A stretch of DNA of 63,941 nucleotides, the filler included, from Vannella sp. (Eukaryota): assembly GCA_023345925.1 (NCBI GenBank). It is 7 parts of 7 records of this genome, joined end to end, with 100 filler letters (N's around TTAATTAATTAA, not from the genome) between each part and the next. Parts side by side here need not be neighbours in the genome. Positions count along the whole stretch, not along the records: positions 48,398 to 60,260 come from JAJQQN010001349.1; positions 60,361 to 63,941 come from JAJQQN010001318.1; 5 more parts are not named here. The stretch is one strand, 5' to 3'. The position numbers and the translations under genes were made by a program. The notes below the pieces were generated by a model. That model made no database searches. It was not told where the DNA came from and saw nothing but the letters and a program-made list of their open reading frames with translations. Shown one piece after another: positions 57,288 to 63,941 of this stretch. Every line of letters starts with the position of its first letter. The first letter of the stretch is position 1.

Positions 57288-59571
57288 ATGTTTCTCCACT
57301 CCTTTGTGCACCATCCACGTCGTGTGGTAATGTCGCTCACAACCTTGTATGCGAGGCACGCCTCTTCTCTTGAGGTAGGTTGTGGAGTGAGGACCGTCTG
57401 GAAAGGGACTGAGAAGGGAACGGAAGTCTCCACGCACGAACGAGCTTCGGGTGAACTTGACAACAGACGCGATCAAGTCATTGACAGACTCTATCATTGA
57501 GCAAACCAAAGCGGTCCTTGAGGAGGTTGTCCAAGTCCCCAGCAACCAACGCACTTTTGAGAACACGGTTCTCCCTTTGGCCCTGGTTTCGGGTGATCTA
57601 TCGGCGGCTGAGTACGTTCATCATACCTCCTTTTGTCTACTTTACATGGCTGACTTCAAGTAGGAGCTCTGTGGACTTTGTGCAACATGTCTCGACCGAG
57701 AAGGAGCTCCGTGATGCCAGTTCGGAGGCTAGCCAGAAGCTGGGAGACTTTGGAGTGGAATGCGAGATGCGACAGGATGTCTATCGAGCTCTTTGCGAGT
57801 TCAAGAGCTCTGCAGACCTCAGTGTGTTCAGCCCCATTGATCAGAGACGTAAGGAATCGCCAGTATGAAGGTACAACCAAGCTCACTCGCTCTAGTGATC
57901 GAGAAAACGATCTTGGACTTTGAAAGAAACGGTCTTGGGCTGGACGAAGAGAAGCGAGAGAGAATCAAGGAGATCAAGCAAGGTAAGAGGTTGTCCGGGC
58001 CTTAGCGTGTCTCACCAGCTGGTACAGAGCTCAGCCGGATGTCAATTGAGTTCTCAAAGAACCTTGGTGAGGACAACACTCAGCTGACCTTCTCAAAGGA
58101 AGAGTTGGAGGGACTTCCGGAAGACTTTCTGAGCGGTCTGAAGAAAGGAGAGAAGGAGGGAGAGTTTATTGTCACTCTCCAGTATCCTGACCTCCTCCCC
58201 GTCCTTCGAATGGCAAAGAAGAGTGCAACTCGCCAACGAATGGATAAGGCAAACTCCTCCAAATGCCAGGAGTCCAACACTCCTCTCCTGGAGAAGACTT
58301 TGCTCCTTCGACGTGAACGTGCGAAGCTTCTCGGATACTCCACTCATGCGGACTACATCCTCCAAGTCCGTATGGCGAAGAGTGCAGCGAATGTCTTGAA
58401 CTTTGAGAAAGACTTGGCAGAGAAACTGGAAGGGCATCGCAACAAAGAGATGCAAGAGTGGCTCCGATTGAAAGAGGAAGAAGTGACGAGCCGGGGAGAG
58501 CCCTTTGATGGGGCTGTTCACTCCTTTGACTGGAACTATCTTCATCGGGCCAATATGGAGAATAACTTCCAAGTGGACAACGAAGCCATCAAAGAGTACT
58601 TCCCCATGGATGTTGTTACCAATGGCATGCTCGGCATCTACGAAGAGATCCTCTCTTTGAAGTTTGTCGAGATTGCTGAGCCTCCGGTTTGGCACGAGTC
58701 TGTTCGGATGTTCGCGGTCCATGATGCGGACACAAGTGAGTTCATGGGGCACTTTTATTTGGATCTGTTCCCTCGAGAGGGCAAGTATGGTCATGCTGCC
58801 GCCTTTGGCTTGCTCCCACGCTACATACGAAAAGATGGTTCTGTCAGACATCCTGCCTCGGCGATGGTCGCTAATTTCAGCAAGCCAACGGAGACTCAGC
58901 CTTCTCTTCTCAAGTTTGATGAAGTGGAGACTTACTTCCACGAGTTCGGTCATGTCATGCATGGACTCTGCACCCAATCTCCCTACGCCCGATTCAGTGG
59001 GACCAGTGTGGAACGAGACTTTGTTGAGGCACCTTCTCAGATGCTTGAGAATTGGTGCTACGAAGGAGAAGTACTCCGTAGACTGTCAGGTCATTACAAG
59101 GACAACACCCAGAAGCTCCCAGAAGCAATGTTGGAGAGCCTTATCCGAGCTCGTAATGCCGACACTGGGTTGATGAACTCTCGCCAGATATTCTTTGGGA
59201 TGTTTGATCAAGCCATTCACTCTAGCGAGGAGGATCTCATTGACACAGCAAAGATCTACAACGAATTCCGTACTAAGTATACTGGAGTCAGTGCGCCTCC
59301 AGAGACGAATGGCGCTGCATCTTTTGGCCATTTGATGGGTGGGTATGATGCGCAGTATTACGGTTACCTGTACAGTCAAGTGTTCTCTGCAGACATGTTC
59401 ATGCAGTTCAAGCAAGCTGGTGTTCTCTCCAAAGAAGTTGGCCGCCGGTATCGTGACATCATCCTGGCACCTGGCGGAACAAGGGATAGCCTCGAATCTC
59501 TCGTTGAGTTCCTTGGTCGCGAGCCTCGCCCAGAACCCTTCTTGATTGCCAACGGTGTCATCAAAGAATAG
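57288..59571 (+). CDS. Thimet oligopeptidase / neurolysin (peptidase M3A), multi-exon; start at 57288 or 57330
   Basis: RTFENT, YLDLFPREGKYGHAA, FHEFGHVMH, DFVEAPSQMLENW, FGHLMGGYDAQYYGYLYS. Confidence 0.96.
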
Positions 59572-60260
59572 CTTGGAGACTTGTTTGCGGGAACGGATTC
59601 AACTAAAGAGCAAATCCTCTTTCCTCGACAAAATCCACGAGAGAAGGTGAACACCTTCATGGCCGTGGACGAGATTGGAGGCAACTTAGAGGGGGGATGG
59701 GTGACTTGTTGAAAAGAGGTATATTCCTTCAAGTCAATCACCGCCTTGATCACTTAGCAGTCATCCATTCAGGTCGAAGCAGTGAAATTGCGTCTTCAAG
59801 CAGGGGAGGTCATTCCCTCCTGTAGTATCGCACTGGTGGCTCTGGGACTGGGACATCCGTACCGAGAGAGCCTCATTCTGGAAAGGTGTTCTTCGGGAAA
59901 GCTCTCAATCGCACCTTAATCAATAAAATAAGCCAAAGTCTGATGGAGGAACGAGTAGACCATCGTACCTCTGCGTGGTGCTCTTAAGATAAAGCGTGGG
60001 GCAACTCGTCCCAGGAGGAGAAGGCATTGCCAGAGCCAAAGAGCGTCACCCGGAGGAAGAAAAATCTCATCGCGGTTGGTTGTGAGAGACATGTTGTTGT
60101 TAGCTTCCTGGTCGGCCGTACCGGCTTCTGATTGAAGAAGATTTTCTGGTGGATGAACCAGTAGCTCTTCTGAAGCGACAACGTGGCACAGCACCTTGGT
60201 ATGGATCAGACGAAGGGCCTATCGGGGCGGTGGAGAAGGTGCTCTTCCAACACAAGAAGA

Positions 60261-60360
60261 NNNNNNNNNNNNNNNNNNNNNNNNNNNNNNNNNNNNNNNN
60301 NNNNTTAATTAATTAANNNNNNNNNNNNNNNNNNNNNNNNNNNNNNNNNNNNNNNNNNNN
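60261..60360. other. Artificial contig linker
   Basis: N44-TTAATTAATTAA-N44. Confidence 0.98.
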
Positions 60361-60425
60361 CCTCACCCCTAGCCCTAAACCCTCACCCTTAGCCCTAAAC
60401 CCTAACCATAAACCCTAAACCCTAA
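60361..60425. repeat. Degenerate telomeric repeats (CCCTAAA/CCCTAA-like) at the contig start
   Basis: cctcacccctagccctaaaccctcacccttagccctaaaccctaaccataaaccctaaaccctaa, with the C-rich strand at the 5' end as expected for a chromosome left end. Confidence 0.75.
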
Positions 60426-61080
60426 GGCAAGGTTGTGGCGATGCAGCGCTCATCATAGAAGCCTCGGATGGCAGGCTGATGAGAATGCCCTAACTACATA
60501 CCCATCCATTGTGGCTTCAGCGGAAGAGCCAGTAATGGTATCTGTTGAAGAGTTATTGTGAGAAAGAAGGCAGTTCGTTCACAGATTGACTTCCTGTTTT
60601 CGAGCTCTCAATGAAGTCTGTGATTCTCTGCAGACACTTTTCAGGCACCCCTGATGAAAATGGAAGGAGGACTATCCGAAATTGGTACCAAGTAGCGGAC
60701 CGTGGGACCTGTGGAAAATCCCCGGGGACTCTTAGGCCAGCGTCCTCGACCTGATGAAATCACAGACGATGCTGCCCATGACTGATCATGCAAGCGATGA
60801 TTCAGATGAAGTCTGAGAAAGTCACTTTTGGGATTTATGATCCTCCTTCCCCCGAACCTTCTTAAACGGAGCTCCTTTCTTCACATACGAAGCCTCTCAA
60901 CTTCTCAGTTGGTCTCACAGACTGCTAAGGGATGGCGAACGCTCTTCTGGAAGCTGTTGAGAGTAGTTTCCTCTTCATCTTGGAGGAGATGGGAGTGTGA
61001 TGGCCGAGGCGTTCAATCTGATATCAATATGACGCTTCCGTAATGGTTTACAGGCTCCGGCAAGTGTCCCATTCTTTAGG

Positions 61081-62148
61081 ATGCCTTTGGGCAGCTCCAC
61101 GCTCCTCCTCGGTCTCGAAGAAGAGGGCCTTTTGGCTTTTGGATCCAACAGCTGCGGCCAACTCGGTCTCGGCCACACGGACAACCAACTCACACCCACA
61201 CAGGTTCCTTGGAATGGCCCAAAGCCGGTTCAGGTGGACTGGGGAGCCGACTACTCCCTCGTCCTTGATGTGGAGGGCGGTGTGTGGGAAGCTGGTCGCT
61301 CCCAGACCTCTAACACCTTTCAGCAAGTGTCAAACCTACCTCCTATCGCTTTTGTGGGTGCTGGCGTGTCTCAATGCGTTGCTGTTGACACCGAAGGCGT
61401 CCTTTGGATGTGGACGAGCTCGAGGATCAAGGGCGATCTCTCCTGGACTACCAAACGAGTGAAAGGACTCCCTCCACTCATCAAAGTGGCTTGTGGCAAC
61501 GACTTTGTCGTGGCAGAGGCTGAAGAAGGGACTCTCTGGGTGTTGAGCCGCAATTCCCGACTGGACCAGCAACTGGGCCTCACCGAGGGCGCCGACGGTT
61601 GGACCCTGGTTCAGGTGGATGAGCGTTCTGACGGCCCTCTTCGATGCCTGGTAGCCTTCCAAGAAGGAGTGATCCTCATCGACTCGCAGGGAGACGTCTT
61701 CTCTGCGGGGCAGAACTCCTTTGGCCAGCTGGGGCGCCCTTCTGGGGACATTCTGAAGCTTCAGCGCATCAACAACATTCCTCCTATGCTTACGGCTTCC
61801 TGTGGATGGGCCCACACTCTCTCTCTGGATGAGAACGGCGACGTTTGGAGTTGGGGATACGGTGCGGATGGGCGATTGGGGATAGAAGATGCTTACAGTC
61901 AACCCCAACCCGCTTTGGTGCCTTCGTTGAAAGGAATGAGTGCCCTAGTTGCTGGCGGGGGCCATTCTTTGGCGTTCCCACAGGAAGGCGGCCTGCTGGT
62001 CTTTGGGTGCAACACCTTCGGACAACTCGGACTCGACCACACGACCAATAGATCTGCCCCCACGCTTTGTCCTGTACAGCCCGCTCTCCCTATATCATTT
62101 AGCCGCAACAGAAAGAAGAATGCCGCATCTTCCGGGCGCTTGCCATGA
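61081..62148 (+). CDS. RCC1/BLIP-II repeat beta-propeller protein, intronless
   Basis: FGSNSCGQLGLG, GQNSFGQLG, SCGWAHTL, WGYGADGRLG, AGGGHSL, FGCNTFGQLG. Confidence 0.92.
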   Translation: MPLGSSTLLLGLEEEGLLAFGSNSCGQLGLGHTDNQLTPTQVPWNGPKPVQVDWGADYSLVLDVEGGVWEAGRSQTSNTFQQVSNLPPIAFVGAGVSQCVAVDTEGVLWMWTSSRIKGDLSWTTKRVKGLPPLIKVACGNDFVVAEAEEGTLWVLSRNSRLDQQLGLTEGADGWTLVQVDERSDGPLRCLVAFQEGVILIDSQGDVFSAGQNSFGQLGRPSGDILKLQRINNIPPMLTASCGWAHTLSLDENGDVWSWGYGADGRLGIEDAYSQPQPALVPSLKGMSALVAGGGHSLAFPQEGGLLVFGCNTFGQLGLDHTTNRSAPTLCPVQPALPISFSRNRKKNAASSGRLP

Positions 62149-62388
62149 CTGGAAGAAGAAGAATCCATCCTCTTTGACTAAAAGTGGATTGGCCTTCACT
62201 GGAACATGAAGGGCGCGTTGCTACGCGCTGACTTGGGGATGGTCAATATATATGTGTTCCCATGAAGAGGAAGGTCAGCTGAAACCGTTTGTACAACTGA
62301 AGTTCCTTGAGGATGAAAGGTTGGGACTGATTTCCTGCTGAAAGGAAGGAAAGAAGTTGTTTCTACCATTCTTTTCTTCCTTTTCCTG

Positions 62389-63420
62389 ATGCCTTACGGT
62401 TACCACACGATACTGCTCAGTACCCAAGGTCTTCTGGCCTTTGGTGGAAAGTTTCAACCAAAACCAGACCCACCAGAGAGCCCCAAATCCCCGGAGGTCT
62501 CCTGGGATGGACCAAGGCTCGTGAAAGTGGATTGGGGAAGGAGTCACTCTCTTCTGCTTGATGAGGAGGGAGGAGTGTGGGAAGCTGGAACTCCTGGAAA
62601 GGTCTACGGCCCCTTCTGCAAAATCCCGGATCTTCCAGTCATCTGTGATATCGCCGCTGGCTATGACACCTCTGCTGCTCTTGATACGGACGGTGGTCTT
62701 TGGGCCTGGGGCCGTCAATCAGAGTGCGGTTGGGTTTCTCCTTCTCCAAAGCTGCTTCTTGGCCTCCCTTCTGTTACTAAGGTTGCTTGTGGTTCTGGAG
62801 CGCTCATCGCTGAAGCTTCAAATGGCACTCTCTGGATAATGAGACCTCAAGAAGACAAACCAAAGTGCAGCTCAACTCCCATTCCAGTCCACATTGAAGG
62901 GCGTTCCCCTGGACCGCTCCGTATGTTATGCGCTCTTTTCAATGGAATCGTACTTGTCGACTCTGAAGGAACTGTCTTTGAGTCCAAAAGCTACTCGGAT
63001 GAGCAATATCCACCAGTTGGAGCTTCGGGCTTCACAAAGGTCGAAAACGTTCCTCGTATGCTGTCAGGATCATCTGGAACTTACAATCTCTACTTGGTGG
63101 ATGAAGACCGTCAGTTGTGGGGATCGACTGTTGGGAAAAGCCTGTTTTCACCCTTTCATTTGATACGTATCGAGGGGGAGATCTCCCATGTTGTAGCCGG
63201 AGGATATCATTGTATGGTGCACCTTTCAGACGGCAGCATGAAGGTCTTTGGAGACAACAGGTACAATCAATTCGGCTGTCAGAGCGGAAAAGGTCTGTCA
63301 CCTTTCCGACCCATTCCACCCTATTCCCGACAAAAGAGTGCCAACTCAGCAGTCAACATTGAGGAAGTGGTTTCTAACTTGGGAAAACGATCCTTCGACA
63401 CGTTCCATTCGAATGAGTGA
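62389..63420 (+). CDS. Diverged RCC1-repeat paralogue, intronless
   Basis: Shares GLLAFG, V.W.GP..V.VDWG...SL.LD.EGGVWEAG, KVACG and GPLR.L with the upstream gene; most GQLG motifs are eroded. Confidence 0.85.
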   Translation: MPYGYHTILLSTQGLLAFGGKFQPKPDPPESPKSPEVSWDGPRLVKVDWGRSHSLLLDEEGGVWEAGTPGKVYGPFCKIPDLPVICDIAAGYDTSAALDTDGGLWAWGRQSECGWVSPSPKLLLGLPSVTKVACGSGALIAEASNGTLWIMRPQEDKPKCSSTPIPVHIEGRSPGPLRMLCALFNGIVLVDSEGTVFESKSYSDEQYPPVGASGFTKVENVPRMLSGSSGTYNLYLVDEDRQLWGSTVGKSLFSPFHLIRIEGEISHVVAGGYHCMVHLSDGSMKVFGDNRYNQFGCQSGKGLSPFRPIPPYSRQKSANSAVNIEEVVSNLGKRSFDTFHSNE

Positions 63421-63941
63421 AAATCCTATTAAACACAGTCTGGCTGAAACAGAGACGAACTAAGTCATTGAATGACTTGATAGTCCAGCTCAGCTCGGAA
63501 CGCACCGATGTGGTAAATAGAGGCCTCAAGTAGGCTCGGACGGATTGCTGACATGAAGTAACATGAGCGGGTTTGCTTTCCCTTTCACTCTGGTAGCTAG
63601 TTTTTGTTAAATGGTGCGCAACAGCAGTGGAATTGGTTGAGGAATTGGTGCATTACTCTCCTGTGGGCAGAGGAGGATGGAAAAGAATGAGGAGGGGCCT
63701 AGGAGTAAGGTTTCAATACACAGGTAGCCGGGAGAGGCATCTTCTGTTGTAACGGAAGGTAACTGGCACTGAGCTTCAGACTCCATTTGCCAGTTTTCTT
63801 CTTTCTTTTGCTTGTCGCCAGTGGAGGATCTGCTCAATTCGGTTTGATCTCATCCAAGTGGGAGTTGGTCAAAGGCTCCCTTTGGAGTTGTTTCCAGCAG
63901 AAAAGACTCCTCCTTGCAAGTCGATGAGGATTAGGAAGAGG

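Noticed and set aside
58093..58977. 294-aa antisense ORF and similar long antisense ORFs elsewhere
   Set aside because: Lie opposite well-conserved genes and carry no motifs; expected codon-bias shadows.
59600..60260. Possible degenerate gene on the minus strand
   Set aside because: Only short broken frames with no motif I can support.
63607..63837. 76-aa ORF as a third RCC1 paralogue
   Set aside because: No RCC1 repeat motifs; the resemblance is too slight.
1..63941. Functional clustering of ubiquitin-system genes (Rpn13, SHPRH, BTB, WDR26, CSN5, HECT) as one system
   Set aside because: They lie on different, artificially joined contigs and such genes are common in eukaryotic genomes.

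Overview
Eukaryotic DNA, not prokaryotic. The window is seven unrelated contigs joined by artificial 100-nt linkers (44 N + TTAATTAATTAA + 44 N), so adjacency across a linker means nothing. The genome is very compact: standard code, GT-AG introns mostly 43-55 nt with a CTRAY-like branch site, and intergenic gaps of often 20-150 nt. The gene content suggests an amoeboid protist (inference). About 35 genes can be read, mostly housekeeping or signalling: cPLA2, Rpn13, eIF3j, Amt, SHPRH, CLC, PTP, BTB, RhoGEF, HSF, TMEM65, DEPDC5, PDI, S27a, TBC, RhoGDI, WDR26, QPRT, CaMK, FCF2, MUS81, PGM2, CSN5, a TRIP12/UPL3-like HECT ligase, thimet oligopeptidase and two RCC1-repeat genes. Features missed or misread by the ORF track: a 48-aa STMP1-like microprotein, an FG-nucleoporin C-terminus, an internally deleted piggyBac element, and a SPATA22-like OB-fold gene head-to-head with MUS81. 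The most unusual items are a TMEM65 carrying three EF-hands, a ribosomal S27a fused to a nearly lysine-free ubiquitin-like domain, an orphan HEPN (RxxxxH) protein, a RhoGEF-PH-PH-MABP protein with a WASP-like tail, a dispersed repeat whose perfect 24-bp inverted copies bracket SHPRH, and RCC1 paralogues next to degenerate telomeric repeats. All assignments come from motif recognition by eye; no database search was run.
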